From a bacterium (GTDB taxonomy: Bacteria; Electryoneota; Electryoneia; Electryoneales; Electryoneaceae): a stretch of DNA of 64,000 nucleotides. Position 1 is the first letter of the stretch. Each line of letters starts with the position of its first letter. Both the position numbers and the translations under genes were made by a program. The notes beneath the pieces are model-generated. The model saw only the letters and a list, made by a program, of their open reading frames with translations, did no database searches and was not told the DNA's origin. Of the stretch, positions 52,586 to 62,149 are shown one piece after another. Where the stretch lies: assembly GCA_020444425.1 (NCBI GenBank), contig JAHLLB010000011.1, positions 19,915 to 83,914 of the forward strand. The letters run 5' to 3'.

Positions 52586-55500
52586 TTAAAATTCGATTCC
52601 TGCGCCGACCTGCAGCATGCGGCCACGCTGGTAGTAACGCGGATCGTCGTACTTCCCGTCGACGTCGTTGAACTGTTCGTACCAGCCGGTGTCAGCGTTT
52701 GCCTGGAAGAAGCGCTGGTCGATGTTTTCACGATCCAGCAGGTTGTAGACCTGCACGAACGCGTACACGTTCAACGATTTCCAGATGCCCCACTCCTTCT
52801 GCACGCGTGCGTCGAAGGTGAGCGTGTAGGGCAGGCGCTGATCGTTGATCGGCGGATCCAGCGACCGGGCCGGGCTCGAATAGGGCAGGCCGCTGCCGTA
52901 CTTCCCGATCAAGTTGATCGACAGCCCGTCGAAGTACGGTAGGCCGAAGATGTCGGAATCCGTCGGTACGAAGAACTGGACGTTGCCGTAGATCGTGTGG
53001 CGCTGATCCCAGTCGAGGTAGGATTCCGTGGTCCGGATCAGGTTCCCGGCCCAGGCGTTTTCATAGTTCTGGCGCGCTTCGGACGCCTTACCCTTGGCCA
53101 CCGCGTAGGTGTAGGAGAGGCTACCACTGGTGAAGTTGCTGAAGCGCTTGCTGAGGCTCATCTCGAAACCACGGACGTTGCCGTAGTCCTGGTTGATGTA
53201 CAGGCCGTACCAGTTACGCGCGGTGAAGAACACCTGCCGTGTGTCAACCAGGCCGCTGATGTCCTTGTAGAAACCGGTGGCGACAAACACGACGTCATCG
53301 GTAAACTGGTGACGCAGCGTCAGCTCGTACGAGGTCGTCCGTTCCGGTTCGAGGTTCGGGTTGCCGACGATCGGGAACGCACCGGAGAAGTCCCAGTTGA
53401 CGTTGGTGAACGCGTAGCGCAGCAGCGGAACCTGGAAGTTCCGGCTGTAGTTGAAGCTCAACTGGTCGCGTTCGGTGATCGGGAACGCCACACCAAGACG
53501 CGGACCCCAGTAGGTCTTGCCTTCAACCGCCGTTGGATCTGCAACCTCGCCACCAAGTGACGGGTCGGTAACCGGGTTGGTGATGTCAGAGGGGTAGTCA
53601 TCCCAGTTCACGTCGAAGTAGTCCGCACGCAAACCGAGGTTCAACACCATCCCCTCAAATTCCATCTTGTCTTCCACGAACGCGCCGTACAGACGCGGCG
53701 ACGCAGTGAAGTTCTGGCCGTACACGTTACCGCCGGAGGCCATGTCCACATCGTGGTCGAACAGTTCGTAGAACGTCAGCTCGAAACCGGCCTTCACTTC
53801 GTGGAACTGGTGCATCTGGCTGGTGATGTGTCCCTTGAACGTGTAGGTTTCCTTGCTGTCGTTGTTCCAGCGGGACCGGTTGTACGTCGTACCGGTGCCG
53901 TAGGTGTAGAAGTCGTTGTCGTCCTTGCTGTTCCCGAACGGCATATCTTCCCACCCCAGCCACGTGTCGCGCGGACCGGACTGTGACGCATCGACGTAGC
54001 CGTCGTCGTCCTCATCCGTCATCAGGTCGTGGGTCGGACCGTACTCTTCCCAGTCCCAGATCTCGTTGCCGTTGATGTCCTCATACTCCCAGACACCATT
54101 CTGGTTGTAATCGAACCAGTACTGGGTACCGTCGGCATTCGACTCCAGCACGTCACGATACTCGTTCAGCAGATCATCGGGAATCTCTTCGATCGAACTG
54201 TAGGCCTGTTCCAGATCGAGCTGGCCGTTGCCGTTCGCGTCTTCGTTGATGTATTCCCGCGTGTTGTAGTGCATCTCCGTCTTGAAGTAGGAGAAGCCCA
54301 ACTCGAAGTAGGTCCGCTCACTGATCGTCTGGTCCCACTTGGCGCTGAACTGGTTGATGTGCTGTTCGAAGTACGGCAGGTGATCGAGCATGCTGAAGTT
54401 GCTCAGGCTGCCGTCCTTGTTCAGGTCTTCGCTGTCGATGACGCCGTCACCGTCCAGATCCTCGCCGGCGTCCAGCACGCCGTTGCCGTTGAGGTCTTCC
54501 GTGTCCAGCTGGCCGTTGTTGAACCACGGGGAATTGCTCGGATCGTAGTAGACATAGTCGCTGGCAATCGTACCGTCGTCGTTGTACGACGGCGCGTAGC
54601 CATCAAGCCTGTCTTCATAGTCCGTGCGTGACCACAAGTGGGTGTAATTGGTCCAGTTGGAGTTGGTGACGTTGCCGCTGAGCGTGAATTTCTGCTTCGG
54701 CGTGGGGCTGTAGCTCAGCTTTCCGAACCCACTTGTCATCGTGCTGTCATCGTTCACGAACCGGCCGCGCGTATCGTACCACTGGCCGGCGACGAAGAAG
54801 TTGAGGTCACCGATGCGGTTGTCGAGCAACGGAATCGGACCCGACAGCGCGAACTGCAGGTCTTTCATCTCGTCGTCTTCAATGCCGCCGTCGTTGGTTC
54901 GGCCGAGGAACGACCCGGAGTAGCGTTCGCCACCCTCTTTCGTGATCTGGCTGACAACACCGGAGAGGTTGTTGCCGTACTGAGCCGACATACCACCAGT
55001 GGTCACGTTGACTTCCTCGAACGCCACCTGCGGGATGTAACCCTCATAGTCACCCGTCATCGGGTCAACCATCGACGCGCCATCCACGAGGTACAGCACT
55101 TCCTCCTCACGGCCGCCGCGGAAGTTGCCGCCGACCGCGCCCGGGGTCAGACGAATCACCTCACGCACGTTCTCGACCGGCATCGCCTTGATGTCTTCCG
55201 AGGTACGCGTGGTCCGGCTGTCCGTCATGTCCGGCTGGATCAGCGGTTTTTCAGCAACGAAGACAACCTCTTCCCCGATCAGGGCTTCCGGGGTCATCTC
55301 GATGTCAATGGTAGTTGTCCGGCCTTCCGTGACACGGACCTCGCGAACGGATACCGGACGGTAGCCGATGATTGAGGCCTTGATCTCGTAGGTGCCAGGT
55401 GGGACGTTCAGAATGACATAGCGGCCATCCAGGTCGGTAGCCGCGCCGTGCCGCGTTCCATCGATGATGATGTTCACACCGATCAGCGGCTCACTGCTCT

Positions 55501-55615
55501 CGGTCCCGACAACCGTCCCGACAATCTTGCCCGGGGCGGCTTGTACCACCCCAGCCAACATGACCAGGAGTAGCAGGGTTGCGAGAACACTCCACACACT
55601 GCGAGCATGGTTCAT
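52586..55615 (-). CDS. TonB-dependent receptor with N-terminal carboxypeptidase-regulatory-like domain and Ca-binding loop insertions
   Basis: GKIVGTV..EPLIGVNI, plug RGGR..E..YLVDG, GGMSAQYG, GNPNLEPE.T.SYE, terminal Phe. Start at 55615 or 55627. Confidence 0.93.
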   Translation of the reverse strand: MNHARSVWSVLATLLLLVMLAGVVQAAPGKIVGTVVGTESSEPLIGVNIIIDGTRHGAATDLDGRYVILNVPPGTYEIKASIIGYRPVSVREVRVTEGRTTTIDIEMTPEALIGEEVVFVAEKPLIQPDMTDSRTTRTSEDIKAMPVENVREVIRLTPGAVGGNFRGGREEEVLYLVDGASMVDPMTGDYEGYIPQVAFEEVNVTTGGMSAQYGNNLSGVVSQITKEGGERYSGSFLGRTNDGGIEDDEMKDLQFALSGPIPLLDNRIGDLNFFVAGQWYDTRGRFVNDDSTMTSGFGKLSYSPTPKQKFTLSGNVTNSNWTNYTHLWSRTDYEDRLDGYAPSYNDDGTIASDYVYYDPSNSPWFNNGQLDTEDLNGNGVLDAGEDLDGDGVIDSEDLNKDGSLSNFSMLDHLPYFEQHINQFSAKWDQTISERTYFELGFSYFKTEMHYNTREYINEDANGNGQLDLEQAYSSIEEIPDDLLNEYRDVLESNADGTQYWFDYNQNGVWEYEDINGNEIWDWEEYGPTHDLMTDEDDDGYVDASQSGPRDTWLGWEDMPFGNSKDDNDFYTYGTGTTYNRSRWNNDSKETYTFKGHITSQMHQFHEVKAGFELTFYELFDHDVDMASGGNVYGQNFTASPRLYGAFVEDKMEFEGMVLNLGLRADYFDVNWDDYPSDITNPVTDPSLGGEVADPTAVEGKTYWGPRLGVAFPITERDQLSFNYSRNFQVPLLRYAFTNVNWDFSGAFPIVGNPNLEPERTTSYELTLRHQFTDDVVFVATGFYKDISGLVDTRQVFFTARNWYGLYINQDYGNVRGFEMSLSKRFSNFTSGSLSYTYAVAKGKASEARQNYENAWAGNLIRTTESYLDWDQRHTIYGNVQFFVPTDSDIFGLPYFDGLSINLIGKYGSGLPYSSPARSLDPPINDQRLPYTLTFDARVQKEWGIWKSLNVYAFVQVYNLLDRENIDQRFFQANADTGWYEQFNDVDGKYDDPRYYQRGRMLQVGAGIEF

Positions 55616-56470
55616 GGCAGTCCCCATCTTAATCCGACAGTTCCTGCGGACGACGAAATCATCGACCGCTATCCACATCAAAAATGTTTCTGTCTTAATG
55701 GTTGCTGCGAAATTCGGCGCAGGGAAGGTTCGGATCTGCCTGAGAACTGGAGCGTTCCCGGTGGGGGACACCAATGGGAGGGAAGTACAACATCAACCCG
55801 GCGAGTGTAATGGAGACTCACTCACTCACCGTTACAACGAATACTGCAACATGTGGCCGACCGCTGCACAACAGATGAGTCTCCCCAGCCTCATCGGTAC
55901 ATCGATCACAAGCGGGCGATGAACCTTGTGCCCCGATACCGTAAGTATGCGCAGTGCTTGCATCGGAGACGACGTCCACCCCCGTGATCGACGTCCCGCA
56001 CCCCAGAAATCCGACCTTAGCCCTCTCGTTTCGTTCCGCGCGATTAACGAATTCCTAACAGATACGTTACGCAGGTAAAAGCTTGCGGGTCAACAACCTG
56101 GCAACGTTCCTCTCGACTCGTCTCGGAATCGTGCTCCGATTCTCGTAAACCCGCTTTGTCCACTAATAATCTGAAAAAGATACAAATTCTTCCAACAAAA
56201 AACACTCCTTGGAAGCATTTTACAGTAAAAGGGAGCTCTGGGTGTTTCGGGAGCACTGTGTTCCAAATGTCGCAAAGCTTCGATTTCTACGTTTTCACTT
56301 CTGCAAAACCACGTTCATAATCCGTAGTTCTGACAATCGGCCCGGCTTCGCTTTTAGGATTTCCCGGCCCTTCACCGTCAGGAGAGACTGCCTCCGGAGT
56401 CAGAGAGCACAAACGGAACACCCGGAGCAAATTGCCCCGGGCATGTATAAATGACACACCAGCATTGAGC

Positions 56471-58825
56471 CTAGCGAGTCAGCATCACCTTGCGCAGCTG
56501 GTTCAACTCCCCGGGTATCTCCGCTTGCACGAAGTACACTCCGCTGGCTAGGTGTTGCGCGTCGAACGTCAGTATGTGCGTCCCGGCATTCAGTTCACCA
56601 TTCGCGAGTGTCGCCACCCGTTGACCGGTGAGGTTGTACACCGTCACCAAGACCTTCGCCGCCTCGGGCAGGCTCAGTGTGAGCGATGTGCTCGGATTGA
56701 ACGGGTTCGGATACGCGGCGCTCAGTTCGTAGTTGTTCGGCAGATCACTCGACGCCACGGTTTCGGCCGGGCCATCAGCTGCCACCGCCCCGGTGAAATC
56801 TTCCAGACGCAACGGACGCGACTCATCCATCGCGCCGTAATGTTCCTTGAAGAACGTGAATTTGTCCCCGAATGTCGGCGTGTAGAATTCCCCGGCACGC
56901 ATGGAGAAGGTGTACGTCCCTTCCGGCGCATACCACGGAATCGCCTGCACCCGGTCATTGCTGATCATCTCCATCCACGGCGTGATGGTTAATGTATCCT
57001 CCCACAACGGTTCCCACACCGTCTGGTTCGGAGTGAGCAGCCGCGTCCAGAAGTCCACGTCCGCGAATTCGGTGTTGGACAGGTTCACAAGCACAACATC
57101 ATACTTGACCAGCCCGCCGTTGCCGACGATGTACGTGTCCCGTGGAATCAGGTTCAGCCACACCGGCCCGATAAAATCGATCACTCCGTCAATCAGCGTC
57201 GCGAATTGCTGTTCGTCGCCACCCTCAAACACCGTTGTCGCATCGAATGCGAGGTAGATCGTCTTGCCGTGGTTCGGGATGTCATAGCAGATCGCGTGCG
57301 GCAACCCATCCGTGGTGCCCTCGAACAGAACTTGCGCGTCCGGGCGCGGCACGAGCACATCTTCACGCAGGTTCCCGAGATCCGGGATGGTGTACGGTGA
57401 CGTGTCGAACGGCTCCGTCAGCGTTCCGGCCATCCCGTAAAATTGCGTTTCATCATGCATCGGGTCGTTGCTGGCGCCCGCGAGCCCGAGGAAATCGAAG
57501 GCGAAATCACCGGATCCGAACGATGTCTGCGCCGGCTCGCCGTTAGCCGCGAGGTAATCCTGATCGATCAGCAGCAGGTTGCCACCCTGGATCAGGTAGT
57601 TGGAAAATGGGTCGTCACCGGCGGCCCACTCCCGGGTCGGGATGCTGTCGCCGCCGTTGCCGCTGACAATCACCAGGTGCCAGTCCATCTCCATCAGCCA
57701 TGTGTCGTAACCCTTGTTCGCCTCGGCGTCCCAGACGGTGGTATTGTCCAGTCCCATCGTCGCCAGCAGGTTGGTCAGGTTCGGGATGTAGTCGCCGCCG
57801 TCGTCGATCACGAGGATCGGATTCAGGGGTACGTGGACAATCTCGAAAGATTTGCGGCGGTTGACGTTTCGGGTGGTGTTCCCTTCAACGTCTTCAGCGA
57901 CAATCCAGTAGACAAAGTTATCGCCAAGCTCACCCCAGATGGAGTGTGTGCCCTCCCAGACATTGTCCTCGTCCGGATCGTACAGTTCAACGGTCACCGG
58001 TAACGATCCATTCTTCACCAGCTTGGCCCAGACGCGGTTGACCCCGCTGTTGTCGACCACTCGCGCGCGGAACGTGCACGGCTTACGCGGATTGGTCGTG
58101 TTCGGGAGCTGCTGCATGCCGAGGATCTGCGGTGGTTCAACGCCGATATAATTCACTCCGACACGCTGCATGATGTCAACAATGGGTGCCGTACTACCGT
58201 ACGCGCCCCAGGGGTAGTCAAGGTCACTCATCCAAGGCCCGCCGAACCAGGTAAAGGTGGTGCCGCGCGAGGAAATGTCGTCGGCGTACGGTTGCGGCAG
58301 ACCGTCGTTCTGCGTTTTGACGAATCCGACCATGAAATCGTCGGCGTCCGGATTCCAGATTCCGCCGCCCGGGAGATCCGATTGATCGAACAAAGGCTCC
58401 CATGTGCCGGTCCCACCCACATCAATGTTGATTGGGCCGGCGAGGATGTCGCCGAGCGGACTGACCGGGCTTGTGCCACGTAACGGCGCGTTCCCATTGG
58501 GATACATCGCTTCCGCATCGGCGCTGTAGTCCCAGATGTATACGTCGATGTTGCCTGAGCTATAGAACAGTGCGTCAGCGTACAGGATCGAGCAGGCTGT
58601 TGCGGGATGGTAGTGCACAGCGAAGGTATCGCCCTGCGCACCGGAAGACAGGTAGTAGTCAGCTTCCAGATCCGACATCCGCCACAGCTCGACAATTTCG
58701 TCGAGTTCGTCGAGACGCTGTTCCGCTGTCGTTTGCAGGTGGTTCGGCAACGGGATCACATCCATCGCCGAGGCAGACGCGATCACCAGCATTGCTAACA
58801 ACAGGCACACGAGATTCCGATTCAT
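56471..58825 (-). CDS. Secreted T9SS-CTD protein (unrecognised N-domain, Ig, GATase-like, Ig, CTD)
   Basis: GGAGAGG RBS; signal peptide; conserved family motifs; AYPNPFNPST tail. Confidence 0.87.
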   Translation of the reverse strand: MNRNLVCLLLAMLVIASASAMDVIPLPNHLQTTAEQRLDELDEIVELWRMSDLEADYYLSSGAQGDTFAVHYHPATACSILYADALFYSSGNIDVYIWDYSADAEAMYPNGNAPLRGTSPVSPLGDILAGPINIDVGGTGTWEPLFDQSDLPGGGIWNPDADDFMVGFVKTQNDGLPQPYADDISSRGTTFTWFGGPWMSDLDYPWGAYGSTAPIVDIMQRVGVNYIGVEPPQILGMQQLPNTTNPRKPCTFRARVVDNSGVNRVWAKLVKNGSLPVTVELYDPDEDNVWEGTHSIWGELGDNFVYWIVAEDVEGNTTRNVNRRKSFEIVHVPLNPILVIDDGGDYIPNLTNLLATMGLDNTTVWDAEANKGYDTWLMEMDWHLVIVSGNGGDSIPTREWAAGDDPFSNYLIQGGNLLLIDQDYLAANGEPAQTSFGSGDFAFDFLGLAGASNDPMHDETQFYGMAGTLTEPFDTSPYTIPDLGNLREDVLVPRPDAQVLFEGTTDGLPHAICYDIPNHGKTIYLAFDATTVFEGGDEQQFATLIDGVIDFIGPVWLNLIPRDTYIVGNGGLVKYDVVLVNLSNTEFADVDFWTRLLTPNQTVWEPLWEDTLTITPWMEMISNDRVQAIPWYAPEGTYTFSMRAGEFYTPTFGDKFTFFKEHYGAMDESRPLRLEDFTGAVAADGPAETVASSDLPNNYELSAAYPNPFNPSTSLTLSLPEAAKVLVTVYNLTGQRVATLANGELNAGTHILTFDAQHLASGVYFVQAEIPGELNQLRKVMLTR

Positions 58826-59146
58826 GTTCCTCTCCCCGGTCAACCGTTTTGTTTCATCCGCACCCAGCAGAAATATACGTATTAGAAGTTTAACATAGCG
58901 GTCCCCCGGTTCCGGAGCAACAAGATTTTCGGGGTACCCCTGGGATCAGTTGTCGAGGCCACCGGACAAACCCAAAAACTCGTCGCCAATAGTGGCTGGA
59001 GACAAACAAACGGCTGGAGACAACAGAGAATGTGGGCAAGACCAGCGTACACACCCCAGGAGTTCTTGCCCTTGAGAATTTTACGAAAGTGGAGGAGCCG
59101 GAAGGAAGTGGAGAAGCCGGAACGTATGGCGAAAAGCGGCAAGTGG

Positions 59147-59268
59147 GTCATTCTGAAAGCGCGTCAGTTTGCGCTTGAAGAAGAGCCAGATGATCAATAG
59201 CCTAACCTTTGTTCTGTCTTGGGAGTAGCTGGTTCTTCCTCACTTCTCTGCGTTCCGTTCGGAATGAC
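59147..59268 (+). repeat. 122-bp GTCATTC..GAATGAC element
   Basis: First ~52 bp identical to 61962-62013. Arms match 38267-38388 inverted. Confidence 0.88.
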
Positions 59269-59298
59269 TCGTTCCTTCACCGGCGTCATTTCATAGAA

Positions 59299-59330
59299 CT
59301 GGGGGCATGTATTCGCATACATGCCCCCAG
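59299..59330. repeat. Perfect 14-bp-stem hairpin (REP-like or terminator)
   Basis: ctgggggcatgtat-tcgc-atacatgcccccag. Confidence 0.7.
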
Positions 59331-59371
59331 GGATTTACCAATTACCGACTACCGTTCACCGCCATCCGTCC

Positions 59372-61714
59372 TTACCTCACGAGCATCACCTTGCGCAGCT
59401 CGTTCAGCTGTCCGGGGATTTCCGCACGGATGAAGTACACCCCGCTCGCGAGTTCGTGTGCGTCGAAGGTGAGTGTGTGTGCCCCGGCGTTCATGCGGCC
59501 AGACGCCAGCGTCGCGACATTCTGCCCCATCACGTTGAACGCGGTCACCTTCACCTCCGCCGTTTCCGGCAGGCTCAGGGTGACCGACGTGCTCGAGTTG
59601 AACGGGTTCGGCCAGGCATCGGACAACGCGTAGTCAGCTGGCAGGGATGAACTTGTCTCCGCGACATCAGCTGTCAGCGGCGCGTCCGGCGCGAACCAGG
59701 CCGAGAACGGGAGATTGCCGTCACCGGTCTGTCCGGTTTTGGTGAAGGTGAAGCTATCAGACACGTCCGCCGTCGGGAACTGCCCGGCGCACATGCTGAA
59801 CGTATACTCTCCCGCCGGGGCTGCCGCCGGCACGTAACGGTGCTTTTCTCCGAACACCGCCTGCCAGAAACCGTCGACGTACACGTTGTTGAAGAAGAAC
59901 GGTTCAACGATCTGCCCGTCCGGCATCGTAATCCGGGTCCAGAAGTCCATGTTCCCCAAGTCATCGGACAACAGGTTCGCGCCCCACGCACTGAAGATGA
60001 GCCCACCGCCCTCGCTGCCGATTTCCGTCTTCCACGGCACGAGATCGATCCACAGCGGCCCGGTGTAATCGAGCATGCCGGTGATCAGGTCGGCCATTTG
60101 CTGATAGTTTGCGGGAGATGCCATCGAGCGTCCCGCCTGGAACGCGAGATACGCAGTCTTGCCACCATCCGGCCGGTCGAACGCGATGCCGCACTCGTCA
60201 CCGGCACTTACGCTGGTGAAAATCACCTCGCTACCGGTTCGTGGCAACACAGTATCGTAATGCAGGCTGGAACCCTGGTAGTAGAGTTCGAACGGATCGG
60301 TCGCGAACGGTTCGGTGAAGGTTCCGGTGACTCCATAGAACTGCGTTTCCTCGTCAGCCAGATCCACAATTGCGCTGCTGATACCAAGGAAGTCGTAGGC
60401 AAAATCTCCAGTGGCGAAAGATGGGGTATCGGGCTCGCCGTTTGCCGTCATGTAATCCTGATCCATGAACAGCAGGTTGCCGCCGTGTTGCAGGTAGTCG
60501 ATATACGCGTTGTTATCGTAGTTTCGGGTCGGTATGGTTGTGCCGCCATTCCCGAGCACGATTACCAGTTGCCAGCCACGGTCGAGCAGGTATTTGTCGA
60601 TACCGTCCCCGGCATCCCAACTGGCGTACCCTTGCCACAAACCCATCAGTTCGAGCACCTCGAACAGCGAGTTGAAGTACGACGCGCGGTCATCGATCAA
60701 CAGCACCGGACGCGTTTCAACTTCAACAACATCGAAGGACCAGCGATTCCAGTAGCTGCTCGATGAGTTGCCGTTATTGTCCTGTGCAATGATCCAGTAG
60801 GTAAACGTATCCCCGAAGTCAGCGTTCAGGGTATGGGTGACTTCGTAGACGTTGTCTTCGTCGGGATCCAGCATTTCAATGGCGAACGGTGTGCTGTCGT
60901 TCCTCTGCAGCTTCAGGTACACGGACCCGACCTCTTCATCATCCGTAACTCTGGCGGAAAACGTGCACGGCTTGTCCTGCTTGGTAGTGTTTGGAAGCTG
61001 AGCGACCTCGGCAATCACCGGCGGCTGGCCGAGCGGATAGGACACACCCACCCGCATCATCACGTCGACAATATGCGATGAGGAACTGTAGCCGCCCCAC
61101 GGGTAGTCGTAGCCGTCCATCCACGGACCACCGAACCAGGTGAATGACGTTCCACGTTGCCAGATATCGTCCGCCAGCGGTTGCGGGAGACCATCGTTCT
61201 GTGATTTCACGAATCCGACCATGAAATCGTCACCGTCCGGGTTCCAGATTCCGCCGCCAAACAGATCATCCTCATCGAACAGGGTTTCCCAGTCGCCGGT
61301 TCCATCCACTGAAATATTGAACGGCCCAAAAAGCGTTTCGCCAATGGGGCTGATGAACGATGTGCCACGCAATGGCGCTTCTCCGTTCGGGTAAGCGCCC
61401 TCCGCATCAGCGCTGTAATCCCAGACAAACGCCTGAATGTTCCCCCCGGTATAGAACATCGCTTCTGCAACGAGGATGGAGCAGGCTGCTGCCGGACGGT
61501 AATGAACAGCGAAGGTGTCACTCAACGCACCGGAAGAGAGGTAGTAGTCGGCATCCAGATCACTCATGCGCCACAACTGCACGATCTCTTCCAGATCATC
61601 AAGCTGGCTGTTTTGAGGTGGCTGTTGTTCAGGAATGCGAATGAAATCCGAGGCAAAACCGGTTTCGGCAAACAGGAATGAAAGTAGAACAAGGCACAGA
61701 ACACGCGTTTTCAT
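59372..61714 (-). CDS. Secreted T9SS-CTD protein, tandem paralog of 56471-58825
   Basis: Start MKTRV after GGGGGA; signal peptide; collinear domain order; AWPNPFNSST tail. Confidence 0.87.
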   Translation of the reverse strand: MKTRVLCLVLLSFLFAETGFASDFIRIPEQQPPQNSQLDDLEEIVQLWRMSDLDADYYLSSGALSDTFAVHYRPAAACSILVAEAMFYTGGNIQAFVWDYSADAEGAYPNGEAPLRGTSFISPIGETLFGPFNISVDGTGDWETLFDEDDLFGGGIWNPDGDDFMVGFVKSQNDGLPQPLADDIWQRGTSFTWFGGPWMDGYDYPWGGYSSSSHIVDVMMRVGVSYPLGQPPVIAEVAQLPNTTKQDKPCTFSARVTDDEEVGSVYLKLQRNDSTPFAIEMLDPDEDNVYEVTHTLNADFGDTFTYWIIAQDNNGNSSSSYWNRWSFDVVEVETRPVLLIDDRASYFNSLFEVLELMGLWQGYASWDAGDGIDKYLLDRGWQLVIVLGNGGTTIPTRNYDNNAYIDYLQHGGNLLFMDQDYMTANGEPDTPSFATGDFAYDFLGISSAIVDLADEETQFYGVTGTFTEPFATDPFELYYQGSSLHYDTVLPRTGSEVIFTSVSAGDECGIAFDRPDGGKTAYLAFQAGRSMASPANYQQMADLITGMLDYTGPLWIDLVPWKTEIGSEGGGLIFSAWGANLLSDDLGNMDFWTRITMPDGQIVEPFFFNNVYVDGFWQAVFGEKHRYVPAAAPAGEYTFSMCAGQFPTADVSDSFTFTKTGQTGDGNLPFSAWFAPDAPLTADVAETSSSLPADYALSDAWPNPFNSSTSVTLSLPETAEVKVTAFNVMGQNVATLASGRMNAGAHTLTFDAHELASGVYFIRAEIPGQLNELRKVMLVR

Positions 61715-61961
61715 GGTCCCCCCACAGTGGACGTTCGCGATACGATACTCATTTTTAAAACCCTCTTCAGTAAACATAGAGTGGGATTGTGACTTGATCA
61801 ATTGGTCTGGCCCGATTCTTCGGATAGTCTCAATAAATCGACTCGAGAGTCGCATGGCCAAGCCGGGCACTCTGAACCACTTCTGACCCGCAACTGGTTC
61901 AGGCAGGTAGACCTCTGACGTCGCGGAAACGTGGGAATTCATCCCGAAAGGCTGCAAGCAC

Positions 61962-62071
61962 GTCATTCTGAAAGCGCGTCAGTTTGCGCTTGAAGAAGAG
62001 CCAGATGATCAATGGGTTACTACTGTTGGTTATCAGAAAAGCTGGACCTTCTTCGCTTCGCTCAGAATGAC
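61962..62071 (+). repeat. 110-bp GTCATTCTG..CAGAATGAC element
   Basis: Left arm identical to the 59147 copy. Right arm cttcgcttcgctcagaatgac. Confidence 0.85.
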
Positions 62072-62149
62072 ACCCCTGGCAATCCGGGGTTTGTCAACGA
62101 TCTGAAGGAATTTCCGCGATCACCGACTACTGTTCACCGCCAACCGTCC

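Noticed and set aside
61715-61966. N-terminal extensions in the ORF track (also 55616-55774, 21256-21375, 22824-22928)
   Set aside because: Downstream starts have an RBS and are followed directly by signal peptides.
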